Part shown: one piece after another, positions 1-7,509 of the stretch
How the letters are laid out: every line of letters begins with the position of its first letter
How positions within the stretch are numbered: position 1 is the first letter of the stretch
Virus record (IMG/VR): IMGVR_UViG_3300016667_000055
Span: 1 to 31,363 of that record
Reading direction: 5' to 3' (one strand)
DNA from: a virus
DNA: 31,363 nt
Notes under the pieces: generated by a model
Seen by the model: the letters and a program-made list of their open reading frames with translations, nothing else
The model's database searches: none
What the model was told of the DNA's origin: nothing
Translations under genes and position numbers: made by a program

Positions 1-22
1 TAAAGATAAAGAAGTAATTAAT
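1..22. repeat. Terminal overlap: nt 1-22 are identical to nt 31342-31363 (circular closure or permuted-assembly overlap)
   Basis: TAAAGATAAAGAAGTAATTAAT is read at both window ends. An ORF is continuous and in frame across the junction. Confidence 0.9.
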
Positions 23-304
23 TATCAAGCGTTGCTTGAATTTATGAATCAATCTTTTAATAGAAAATTTGAGGTTATTAACGATAAAGTTAAACGTAAA
101 TTCAATTCTTTAATTAAACAAGGTTATACAAAGACTCAAATAACCAATGCTATTTTAAATTGTAAAAATAGTAAATTTCATATTGAAAGTAGTTTTCAGT
201 ATTGCACTCCAGAGTTTTTTACTAGAACAGATATAATTGATAAATACGGATTTGATATTAAAGACGAATCAAAAGTTTACACACCTAATATAATTCACGA
301 GTAA
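2..304 (+). CDS. Replication-associated protein, C-terminal part (Phg_2220_C-like conserved phage C-terminus); continuation of ORF 31010..31363
   Basis: The frame is open from nt 2. Codons KDKEVIN repeat the last 7 codons of the window. The C-terminal pattern GYTKTQITNAILNCKNSKFH...YCTPEFFTR...DKY resembles Phg_2220_C. There is a TAATG overlap with the helicase gene. Confidence 0.65.
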   Translation, partial: KDKEVINYQALLEFMNQSFNRKFEVINDKVKRKFNSLIKQGYTKTQITNAILNCKNSKFHIESSFQYCTPEFFTRTDIIDKYGFDIKDESKVYTPNIIHE

Positions 305-1329
305 TGTATAAACGACTACAAGAAGTTTCAAGCGAATTATTCGAAATAAGAAACGAATTAAATACTAAAGGTAAATCGGTAGGGTGGGATTGGAATATGT
401 TACCATACACAATAAAAGAGGGTTGCACAACGTACATAGGCGCAGCTCCTGCAAGTGGTAAAACAGAACTTTGGTTTGAGTTTTTAATAAATCTAAGTTG
501 TTTACACGGTTGGAATCATGTTGTATTTTCACCTGAAACTGGAAGCTCCGCAGAAATATTTTCAGAACTATGTTACAAGTATATCGGTAAACCTTATGCA
601 AAGCATGAAAATACAATGAGTTTATCTGAACAAGTAAGGGCAGAAAATTTTGTTAATGAACATTTTATAGTTATTGACCCAATAGATGAGGATTTAACAC
701 TTGAAAAGTTTTACGATTTAGTAGATGAGATTGAACGAAAACACGAAATAACAATTCACACAACTACGATTGACCCTTGGAATGAATTAACTGAAAACTA
801 TATACATTCAGATTTAGGACGTGAGGATAAATACTTGAGTAGAATTTTAGGATTAGCACGTAAAAACGCACGTAAAACAAACCGACATAATTGCATTATA
901 AACCACGTTCGAGACCAAGCACCTATAACAAAAGACGGACATACTTTTTACCCAATGCCAACAGCTAGAGATTTTGCAGGTGGCCAAGTATGGTTTAGAA
1001 AGGGATTAGCTGTATTGATACCTTGGAGACCACCGACTGGATTAACAGATAACAACGGAAACACGTTTGAAGAAACGGAAGTGCATTTAAAAGTTGCTAA
1101 AAGTAAACCGAAAGGCGTATCAAAAAACGGAACTTATAAATTATATTTGGACGTAGAAAAATACCAATATTACATGATTGATAGTTTTGGACGCAAAGTT
1201 TATGCACAACGAACTAAAGAAACAAAATCAAACAGCTTTCCAACTAAACTACCAAAACAAGAACCCGATATTGTAAACGGAAAAGAACTACTATCTTTTA
1301 GCGAAAAAATGAAACAAACACCTTTTTAA
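304..1329 (+). CDS. DnaB-like replicative helicase (RecA-type ATPase domain)
   Basis: Walker A GAAPASGKT and Walker B-like TTIDPWNEL are present. It lies next to the replication protein. Confidence 0.6.
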   Translation: MYKRLQEVSSELFEIRNELNTKGKSVGWDWNMLPYTIKEGCTTYIGAAPASGKTELWFEFLINLSCLHGWNHVVFSPETGSSAEIFSELCYKYIGKPYAKHENTMSLSEQVRAENFVNEHFIVIDPIDEDLTLEKFYDLVDEIERKHEITIHTTTIDPWNELTENYIHSDLGREDKYLSRILGLARKNARKTNRHNCIINHVRDQAPITKDGHTFYPMPTARDFAGGQVWFRKGLAVLIPWRPPTGLTDNNGNTFEETEVHLKVAKSKPKGVSKNGTYKLYLDVEKYQYYMIDSFGRKVYAQRTKETKSNSFPTKLPKQEPDIVNGKELLSFSEKMKQTPF

Positions 1330-1397
1330 AATTATATTATGCATTTACTGGTGAAAAATGAATATTTGATAATTAAACTAAGCAAAAACAAGAATAA

Positions 1398-1691
1398 ATG
1401 GACGAACTAAATTTAATCTCAGCGAGTGTTAAGCTGAACAACGTTTTTCTAAAGTTGAAACTATCTTTAGATGAAATCAAAGAAAAACACGGACAAAGAA
1501 CTGACTTAATAGATTCAATGGAAAGAACTTTAGTTGATATAATGGAAGTTAAAGCAACTTATTCAACACTAGAAAAAGAGTTTCGTTCTGCGGTTTCAAG
1601 TCAATATAGATTAGAACATCAAAACATGGATTTAAAATTTAAAATCAAAGACTTAGAAAGTCAACTAAAATATAAAGATGTCACGCTGTAA
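1398..1691 (+). CDS. Hypothetical coiled-coil protein
   Basis: ORF track; heptad-like charged sequence. Confidence 0.5.
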   Translation: MDELNLISASVKLNNVFLKLKLSLDEIKEKHGQRTDLIDSMERTLVDIMEVKATYSTLEKEFRSAVSSQYRLEHQNMDLKFKIKDLESQLKYKDVTL

Positions 1692-1702
1692 AAACTAATT
1701 TG

Positions 1703-1710
1703 TATATTTG
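1703..1710 (+). promoter_or_regulatory. Bacteroidota-type -7 box TATATTTG
   Basis: Matches the TAnnTTTG consensus. It lies in the intergenic region upstream of HNH gene 1. Confidence 0.5.
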
Positions 1711-1711
1711 T

Positions 1712-1798
1712 ATTGTAGAATTGCGGCTACAATTAAAAACTTATTTAAGACCTTAGTGTGAGTAGAGTCCGCAATCTCGAAAGCACTAAGGCTTTTTT
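1712..1798 (+). promoter_or_regulatory. Structured leader: hairpin 1 plus terminator hairpin with complementary loops
   Basis: Hairpin 1 is 1712-1718/1727-1733 with loop AATTGCGG. Hairpin 2 is 1751-1758/1784-1791, and its loop contains CCGCAAT (1769-1775), which is complementary to the loop of hairpin 1. Confidence 0.55.
1751..1798 (+). terminator. Intrinsic terminator-like hairpin plus T6 tract
   Basis: CCTTAGTG...CACTAAGG stem (8 bp) followed by TTTTTT at 1793-1798. Confidence 0.55.
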
Positions 1799-1803
1799 AT
1801 TTT

Positions 1804-2277
1804 ATGACAACTGAAATTTGGAAAGATGTAATTGGATATGAAGGACATTATCAAGTTAGTGATTACGGTAATGTAAAATCATTAAAAAATAAAAATGAAA
1901 AAATATTAAAACCAATAAAAGATGGATTTGGATATTCAATGTATTTTTTATCAAAAAATGGAATAGTAAAAAATTTTAGAGGTCATGTATTGGTTGCTCA
2001 ATCTTTTTTAAATCATAAACCATTAGGATTAAAATTTGTAATTGACCATATAGATGAGAATCCAGCAAATAATAATTTAAAAAATTTGCAAATAATATCA
2101 CACAGAGAAAATGTATCTAAAGGATATAAAAATAAATCATCAAAATATAGAGGTGTTTGTTGGCATAAAGAAAGAAAAATGTGGATGGCAACGGCAATAA
2201 ATAGAAAATATATTGGATATTTTAATACTGAATTAGAAGCTAAAAATGCAATAACAAATTATGAAGAAAAAATGTAA
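1804..2277 (+). CDS. HNH homing endonuclease (NUMOD4 / HNH_3 / AP2-like C-terminus)
   Basis: N-terminus EIWKDVIGYEGHYQVSDYGNVKS (NUMOD4-like). HNH core IDHIDENPANNNLKNLQIISHRENV. C-terminal YRGVCWHKERKMWMA...YIGYF is AP2-like. Confidence 0.85.
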   Translation: MTTEIWKDVIGYEGHYQVSDYGNVKSLKNKNEKILKPIKDGFGYSMYFLSKNGIVKNFRGHVLVAQSFLNHKPLGLKFVIDHIDENPANNNLKNLQIISHRENVSKGYKNKSSKYRGVCWHKERKMWMATAINRKYIGYFNTELEAKNAITNYEEKM

Positions 2278-2800
2278 AAATTGCAAAAAAGAATTTATGC
2301 CATTACGTTCTACACTTCAAAAATACTGCTTAGAATCGGAGTGCGTCCGTGTTTGGGTAGAATCCGAAAAAGCGAAACAATGGAAAAAAAAGAAAGCTAA
2401 AGCAAAGTTAGAATTAATGACTTTAAGCGACTACCTTAAATTAGCGCAAATAACTTTTAATAAATACATAAACCTACGAGATAAGGATAAACTATGTATA
2501 AGCTGTGATAAACCTATTACAGGGCGTGTAAACGCTTCGCATTTTTGGAATGCAAACAACCATTATAATGTAAGATTTAATGAAGATAACGTTCATAGTT
2601 CCTGCATTACGTGCAATCAGTTTTTATCAGGCAACCTTTTAGAATATAGAACACGACTTATTTTAAAGATAGGCATTGAAAGATTTAACACCTTAGAAGC
2701 TGAAAGTAAGCAAACACGGAAGTTTACAAAGGATGAGCTAAAAGAAACAATTAACATTTATAAATTAAAGATTAAACAATTAGAAAATGAAACCAACTAA
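2261..2800 (+). CDS. ninG: NinG/Rap-like recombination endonuclease
   Basis: N-terminal CKNCKKEF...YCLESEC; FNKYINLRDKDKLCISC; NVHSSCITCNQFLSGNLLEYR. This is the typical lambda NinG family pattern. Confidence 0.8.
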   Translation: MKKKCKNCKKEFMPLRSTLQKYCLESECVRVWVESEKAKQWKKKKAKAKLELMTLSDYLKLAQITFNKYINLRDKDKLCISCDKPITGRVNASHFWNANNHYNVRFNEDNVHSSCITCNQFLSGNLLEYRTRLILKIGIERFNTLEAESKQTRKFTKDELKETINIYKLKIKQLENETN

Positions 2801-3041
2801 AGAAACAGAAAAGAAACTACTAGCATTGTGCGGAGTGTTACCTGTACTCGCGGATTTTATCGAAGATTTAAACATGGAACACGTATTTACTAAGAATATC
2901 AAACGAAAAGCTAATTTATTACTAGAAGAAATCAGAAAGACGGACGAAGGTATTTTAAAACACACAGATATACAAAGCCAAACACAACAAATAAACATTC
3001 AGATAGCATTTAGGCAGTGGGTAAAAGAAAATTTTAATTAA
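2787..3041 (+). CDS. Hypothetical protein
   Basis: ORF track; its start overlaps the end of ninG. Confidence 0.5.
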   Translation: MKPTKETEKKLLALCGVLPVLADFIEDLNMEHVFTKNIKRKANLLLEEIRKTDEGILKHTDIQSQTQQINIQIAFRQWVKENFN

Positions 3042-3059
3042 AAAAAAGTTAAAAAGCTA

Positions 3060-3103
3060 TTGTTATTCAAAAAAGAATAGTTATATTTGTCAAACAATTA
3101 AAC
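3060..3103 (+). promoter_or_regulatory. Early promoter with spacer inverted repeat
   Basis: TTGTTATTCAAAAAAGAATA (3060-3079, containing TATTC-N6-GAATA), -7 box TATATTTG (3082-3089), then AAACAATTAAAC (3092-3103). It is nearly identical to 29801-29845. Confidence 0.6.
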
Positions 3104-3111
3104 TTTATATT

Positions 3112-3627
3112 ATGAAAAACTTATTTAAAGCATTGGCAGCATTTCAGCAAGAAGTGCCTGTTATTCACAAAGGAACGCAAGGCTACGGTTATTCGTACGC
3201 TGACTTACCTAAAATCTTTGAAGTGATTAACCCACTACTGCAAAAACACGGATTAGGATTCACCCAACTAATCAACGGGCAGCAAATAGTTACTATCTTA
3301 TTCCATTGTGAAAGTGGTGAAAGTATCGAAAGTAAAACCGATATACCAATGATTCAATTAAAAGGAATGAACGATTATCAGTCTTTTGGTTCGGGAATCA
3401 CTTATTATCGTAGATACTGCCTTTCAACTATTTTAGGAATCGTAACCGATAAAGACACGGACGCTGCAGGTGAGCAAGTAAAAAACGAAACAAAGAAACC
3501 TAAGATTGAAGGTGAACGCTTCTTAAAAGCCATTGAAGCTATCCGAGCAGGTGAATATACTGCTGAACAGCTACAAGAAAAGTTTGATTTAAACGAAGTA
3601 CAAAAGAAATCATTGTTATTAGTATGA
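3112..3627 (+). CDS. erf: ERF-family single-strand annealing protein
   Basis: FQQEVPVIHKGTQGYGYSYADLPKI...QSFGSGITYYRRYCLSTILGIVTDKDTDA matches the ERF family pattern. Confidence 0.8.
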   Translation: MKNLFKALAAFQQEVPVIHKGTQGYGYSYADLPKIFEVINPLLQKHGLGFTQLINGQQIVTILFHCESGESIESKTDIPMIQLKGMNDYQSFGSGITYYRRYCLSTILGIVTDKDTDAAGEQVKNETKKPKIEGERFLKAIEAIRAGEYTAEQLQEKFDLNEVQKKSLLLV

Positions 3628-4394
3628 ATTCAAAAGTAATTTTATTTGATGCTGATAGTCTTCTTTATCAATCAGTTTATAAAGTAATTACGTTTTCTGA
3701 AATTCGTGAAATGATTGAAGAAGGTAGATTAAGATTTGAAATAGAAATGGAGATACTTCAACGTGCTTATGATAGATTTGAGAAAATAACATTTGATATT
3801 CTAAATGAAATTGAAGAACATTTTACAATAAATAAGACAATGTTTTTCTTTACTAAGTGTAAAAACAATTTCAGAAAAGAAATATATCATTTGTATAAAG
3901 CCAATAGAAAAACACGAAATAAATGGGTAAATGAACTTCGTAACTATATGCTTCAATTTTTAGAAAATTCTTTTGCTCACGATGTTTATGAAGCTGATGA
4001 CTTAATTTATTACAACGCTCAATTATTAAACGTAGAAGATTATATTATTTGCTCAATTGATAAAGATTTAAAACAAATAGAAGGTTTACACTTTGATTAT
4101 TATCAGGAAAAAAAATACGATGATAATGGAGAAGAATATAAAGTTCGCAAAGGTTTTAAATATATGACTAAAACGGATTGTGAAAATTTACTTTGTGAAT
4201 TGCTTTTAGTTGGTGACACAAGCGATAATATCAAAGGGGTAAAAGGAATTGGAGAAATAAAGGCAAAGAAGATTATTTACTCAAAAAATTCTACTTACGG
4301 AAAGTTTAAAGCCATTTGTGAAGCATATAAAAGCGAATCTGAAATATGGAAGGAAAAGTTAAGAATGAATTATAAACTATTAAAATTTCAATAA
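3624..4394 (+). CDS. 5'-3' exonuclease / flap endonuclease (FEN, RNase H-like)
   Basis: FDADSLLY, YKANRK, EADDLI, IDKDL and the H3TH-like GDTSDNIKGVKGIGEIKAKK motif are present. Confidence 0.8.
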   Translation: MNSKVILFDADSLLYQSVYKVITFSEIREMIEEGRLRFEIEMEILQRAYDRFEKITFDILNEIEEHFTINKTMFFFTKCKNNFRKEIYHLYKANRKTRNKWVNELRNYMLQFLENSFAHDVYEADDLIYYNAQLLNVEDYIICSIDKDLKQIEGLHFDYYQEKKYDDNGEEYKVRKGFKYMTKTDCENLLCELLLVGDTSDNIKGVKGIGEIKAKKIIYSKNSTYGKFKAICEAYKSESEIWKEKLRMNYKLLKFQ

Positions 4395-4492
4395 TGAATA
4401 AAATGGCAAAAGACGAAGAAATAATCGAAAAGATTAAACAACGAGTTGAAGAATGTAGAGAGTATTATAACGATTTAATAAAAAACTTATGA
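4394..4492 (+). CDS. Small hypothetical protein (32 aa), hand-found
   Basis: ATG overlaps the upstream stop (TAATG) and its TGA overlaps the next ATG (ATGA). It exactly fills the gap between neighbouring genes. Confidence 0.4.
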   Translation: MNKMAKDEEIIEKIKQRVEECREYYNDLIKNL

Positions 4493-4701
4493 AACAGACA
4501 GCAGTAGAATGGTTAATTGAGCAACTTACGGAAATACATCCAAAGGCATTTGAACAAGCCAAAGCAATGGAGAAGGAGCAGATAATGTCTGCAAGAGAAG
4601 ATGGTCATTTATCTACCTATGCAGAATATGGTTCAACTCCTAAATGTTACTTAGATGGAGGACATGAACAATACTACAACGAAACCTTTAAATCAGAATA
4701 A
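4489..4701 (+). CDS. Hypothetical protein (paralog of 30163..30399)
   Basis: AVEWLIEQL...QAKAMEKEQI...YYNETF pattern is shared with the 30163 ORF. Confidence 0.55.
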   Translation: MKQTAVEWLIEQLTEIHPKAFEQAKAMEKEQIMSAREDGHLSTYAEYGSTPKCYLDGGHEQYYNETFKSE

Positions 4702-4702
4702 G

Positions 4703-4864
4703 ATGAAAACTATAATAAGCAGATTAACAATGAAGGTCAAACGACATTTATTTTGTGACCATATAAGCGGTGAAGGAGTCTTTTTGTATGAAGACAAATA
4801 TGGGCAAGAATGGATGGCAAACTACCCATTTAGGATTTGGTCTTTTAGAGTAAAAAGTAATTAA
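4703..4864 (+). CDS. Small hypothetical protein (53 aa)
   Basis: The ATG at 4703 follows junction repeat copy 1. The track start at 4655 would overlap the upstream gene by 47 nt. Confidence 0.5.
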   Translation: MKTIISRLTMKVKRHLFCDHISGEGVFLYEDKYGQEWMANYPFRIWSFRVKSN

Positions 4865-4882
4865 CATTTAAATCAGAATAAG

Positions 4883-5002
4883 ATGGAAACAACTTTAATT
4901 ATTGAAGCAAAAATGACAGATGAACAATTAGAAGTTCTTGTATCTGAAATAAAAAAAATTTCAGAAATAATTGGAATTGAATTAACCTTTAAATCAGAAT
5001 AA
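4883..5002 (+). CDS. Small hypothetical protein (39 aa), hand-found
   Basis: The ATG is supplied by junction repeat copy 2. It ends TFKSE-TAA inside copy 3, the same C-terminus as ORF 4489..4701. Confidence 0.45.
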   Translation: METTLIIEAKMTDEQLEVLVSEIKKISEIIGIELTFKSE

Positions 5003-5003
5003 G

Positions 5004-5189
5004 ATGAATGAACTAAAACTAATGGGTTACTATATTAATTGCACCCGAACTGACCAAGTCGTACAAATTAAAGACTTACAACGTGGGCGCGTATGGTACG
5101 AAGTAATCAGGCAACACGACAGAAACACGATTACAGATTTTTGCTGTACGGAACAAAGATTTAAGAACCTATATATTCAAAAGAAATGA
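5004..5189 (+). CDS. Hypothetical protein
   Basis: ORF track; the ATG is supplied by junction repeat copy 3. Confidence 0.5.
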   Translation: MNELKLMGYYINCTRTDQVVQIKDLQRGRVWYEVIRQHDRNTITDFCCTEQRFKNLYIQKK

Positions 5190-5371
5190 AAGATAGCATC
5201 GTTGAATCAGTGATAAACAAGTTTAAAGACCGTTCTAACGTAGGAATACAGAAATACGGAACAACACTAGACAGAAATGATTTAACGCACTTAGAATGGA
5301 TAAATCACGCACAAGAAGAAGCAATGGATTTTATCCTGTATTTAGAAAAATTAAAACAAATAAATAAATAA
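5186..5371 (+). CDS. Hypothetical protein (possibly like a small MazG/dNTP-pyrophosphohydrolase N-domain)
   Basis: KYGTTLDRNDL..W..HAQEEAMDFILYL pattern; weak recognition only. Confidence 0.4.
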   Translation: MKDSIVESVINKFKDRSNVGIQKYGTTLDRNDLTHLEWINHAQEEAMDFILYLEKLKQINK

Positions 5372-5373
5372 AA

Positions 5374-5604
5374 ATGGAAAAGAGAGACAACAGCGGTGTA
5401 TTGTTCACTAACGACAAAAGACAAAAAGAAACACACGCACACTATCAAGGTAAGGCAACAATCAATGGAGTTGAGTATTACGTTTCAAGTTGGGTAAAAG
5501 ACGGAGCAAAAGGTAAATATCAAAGTCTAAGTTTCAAACCAGTTCAAGAAACAGCGAAACAACCTCAAAAGAGCGGATTTGATGACTTTTTAAATGGCTT
5601 ATGA
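5374..5604 (+). CDS. Hypothetical protein
   Basis: ORF track; tightly coupled to its neighbours. Confidence 0.5.
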   Translation: MEKRDNSGVLFTNDKRQKETHAHYQGKATINGVEYYVSSWVKDGAKGKYQSLSFKPVQETAKQPQKSGFDDFLNGL

Positions 5605-5804
5605 TAGAATCACACGTATTAAGCAATATAAACGATATAACGCGGAATTTAATTAATGTATATATTCAAAAACACGGAATAACATTAAACGCATTTTCTA
5701 AGTTAGTCGGAATTAGACAACCTATATTATTCAAGTTTATGAACTACCAAAATAATATGAGTACAAAAACGATTGAAAAAATAGGTAAATTTTTTAACAA
5801 TTAA
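5601..5804 (+). CDS. Small HTH DNA-binding protein (XRE-like)
   Basis: ITLNAFSKLVGIRQPILFKFMN...STKTIEKIGKFF resembles helix-turn-helix. Confidence 0.45.
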   Translation: MIESHVLSNINDITRNLINVYIQKHGITLNAFSKLVGIRQPILFKFMNYQNNMSTKTIEKIGKFFNN

Positions 5805-5883
5805 GGCTCTGGTAAACCAACAGAAAGATCGCTATGGTTAAAGGATTGTAAAACACGGTCGCCCACACTTAGCGGTTATTTTC

Positions 5884-5915
5884 AGAGGGAACGTAAAAAA
5901 TTCCCTCTTTTTTTT
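5884..5915 (+). terminator. Intrinsic terminator
   Basis: AGAGGGA (5884-5890) pairs with TCCCTCT (5902-5908), followed by a T8 run. Confidence 0.7.
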
Positions 5916-5944
5916 GTTATATATTATTCTTTTTAGTATATTTG
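5914..5944 (+). promoter_or_regulatory. Promoter (TTG -33-like element plus TATATTTG -7 box at 5937-5944)
   Basis: TTGTTAT...TATTC...TATATTTGT...AAATTAAAC. Same family as the promoters at 3060 and 29801. Confidence 0.55.
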
Positions 5945-5966
5945 TATAAAATTAAACTTAGAAATT

Positions 5967-6305
5967 ATGAAAGATTTATTTTACAGCTGCCCTGAATGCG
6001 ATGGGTGGGGATTCGTAACTATTGATTTGAACGATACGATTATTCCGTACGAACAAAACCCTATTGACTATGAATGCATGGCATGTAGTGGCAAAGGAAA
6101 GGTACTACATGAAGACGAATACCAAATGAAACTAGATGGTGTTACAGAAATGATTGAGGGAATGAAAACACGGATTGAAGGACTTTCACGAATAGTAATG
6201 AAGAGTGAAAACCCTGATTTATACATTGAGCGATTAAAAACTTTATCCTGTGGTTTATACCGATTAGAACAATATAAACGAAAATTGCTTAAATTAGCAT
6301 GGTGA
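5967..6305 (+). CDS. Zinc-finger protein (DnaJ-type CxxCxGxG motifs)
   Basis: CPECDGWG and CMACSGKG motifs. Confidence 0.5.
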   Translation: MKDLFYSCPECDGWGFVTIDLNDTIIPYEQNPIDYECMACSGKGKVLHEDEYQMKLDGVTEMIEGMKTRIEGLSRIVMKSENPDLYIERLKTLSCGLYRLEQYKRKLLKLAW

Positions 6306-6381
6306 AACTAAAGAAAGTAGATGAGGTTGCAATCGGAATAAGCTATAAAAAAAGCGGTGTTATCGGTTTGTTCTTTTATAA

Positions 6382-6933
6382 ATGGGTTTTAGAGATATAT
6401 CTATGAACTGGATTGAAAAGGTATCTAAGCACCACAAAGAATATATAAAGACGATACACAAATTCGGTGAGTACTTCTACGCTGAGGATTTAGTTCAAGA
6501 AATGTACCTAAGATTAATTACTAAGAATAAAGAAGCGCAGGTTATAGTAAACAATAAAGTAAACAAATACTATATTTATTTAACCTTAAGGTCTTTATTT
6601 GTAGACTTTTACAGACAAAAGAAAAAGATTATAAAGGTAGGATTAGAAAATGTATTAACATTGCAGCAAATAGATGAGCTACAAGAACACGAAGCCTTTT
6701 ATAATTTAACACAAAAAGTAAATGAAGAAATTAATAACTGGCACTTGTACGACAAGTTATTATTTGAATTATACCGTGATAGTGGTAAGTCAATGCGAGA
6801 TATTGAAAGCGATACGGGTATAAGTTTAAGGTCAATATTTTGTACTATAAAGCATTGCAAATTAAAGCTAAAGGAAAACGTATATGAACATTATGAGGAT
6901 TACGTTAACCAAGATTACGAATTAATAAAATGA
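6382..6933 (+). CDS. Sigma-70 family (ECF-like) RNA polymerase sigma factor
   Basis: Region 2-like AEDLVQEMYLRL and C-terminal region 4-like HTH KSMRDIESDTGISLRSIFCTIKHCKLKLKE. The start could instead be the ATG at 6405. Confidence 0.5.
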   Translation: MGFRDISMNWIEKVSKHHKEYIKTIHKFGEYFYAEDLVQEMYLRLITKNKEAQVIVNNKVNKYYIYLTLRSLFVDFYRQKKKIIKVGLENVLTLQQIDELQEHEAFYNLTQKVNEEINNWHLYDKLLFELYRDSGKSMRDIESDTGISLRSIFCTIKHCKLKLKENVYEHYEDYVNQDYELIK

Positions 6934-6937
6934 AATT

Positions 6938-7111
6938 ATGAAATACGTTCTAAAAGCATTAAACAAAGAATTAAAAGACATTGAAATAAGAGCTAATGAA
7001 TGGTACGATAGATATCAAAAATTATATGAAGAATACCACGATTTACAAGAAGAAAACAAAATGCTACGAAAAGACCTACAAGAATTAAGTAAGGAACATT
7101 TTAAAAAATAA
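6938..7111 (+). CDS. Small coiled-coil protein (57 aa), hand-found
   Basis: Open frame from ATG 6938 to TAA 7109-7111. It fills the gap between the sigma factor gene and 7114. Confidence 0.45.
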   Translation: MKYVLKALNKELKDIEIRANEWYDRYQKLYEEYHDLQEENKMLRKDLQELSKEHFKK

Positions 7112-7113
7112 AC

Positions 7114-7509
7114 ATGGCAAGGAAAAGACGAACGAAAGCTGAAATACTAGCAGCTAAAAGCGAAGGATTAGGAGATACAGTAGAAAAGGTTTTAGAAGTT
7201 ACTGGAATATCAAAAGTAGCTAAATGGTTATTAGGTGAAGATTGTGGATGTGATGAACGCAAAGCAAAGTTAAATGAGTTATTTCCGTATAAGAAACCTT
7301 TATGTTTAGAAGAAACTGAATTTAGTTACTTAGATGAATGGTTTAACAGAAACACGGACAAAGTAACACCTATTGAACAAATTGAACTATTTAAAATTCA
7401 TTCTAGAGTATTTCAAGTAAGAAACGAACCTACAAGCTGCCCAAGTTGTGTGAAAACACGAATCGAAGACTTAAGAAAGGTTTACAAGCAGTACCAAGAT
7501 GAACAATAA
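7114..7509 (+). CDS. Hypothetical Cys-containing protein
   Basis: ORF track; CGCDE and CPSC motifs. Confidence 0.5.
   Translation: MARKRRTKAEILAAKSEGLGDTVEKVLEVTGISKVAKWLLGEDCGCDERKAKLNELFPYKKPLCLEETEFSYLDEWFNRNTDKVTPIEQIELFKIHSRVFQVRNEPTSCPSCVKTRIEDLRKVYKQYQDEQ

Larger units (their letters stand above)
4687..5006 (+). repeat. Three copies of the 19-mer TTTAAATCAGAATAAGATG at gene junctions
   Basis: Exact copies at 4687-4705, 4867-4885 and 4988-5006. Each ends in the ATG of the next small gene. Confidence 0.9.

Noticed and set aside
4687-5006. A CRISPR-like array formed by the three 19-nt repeats
   Set aside because: There are only three copies with irregular spacing (180 and 121 nt). The repeats overlap stop and start codons of coding genes. 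There are no cas genes.
5805-5883. The 80-nt spacer between the stop at 5804 and the terminator at 5884 as a fourth kissing-loop leader or small RNA
   Set aside because: I found only a weak 5-8 bp long-range stem (5827-5834/5870-5877) and no loop-loop complementarity with the terminator loop. Support is insufficient.
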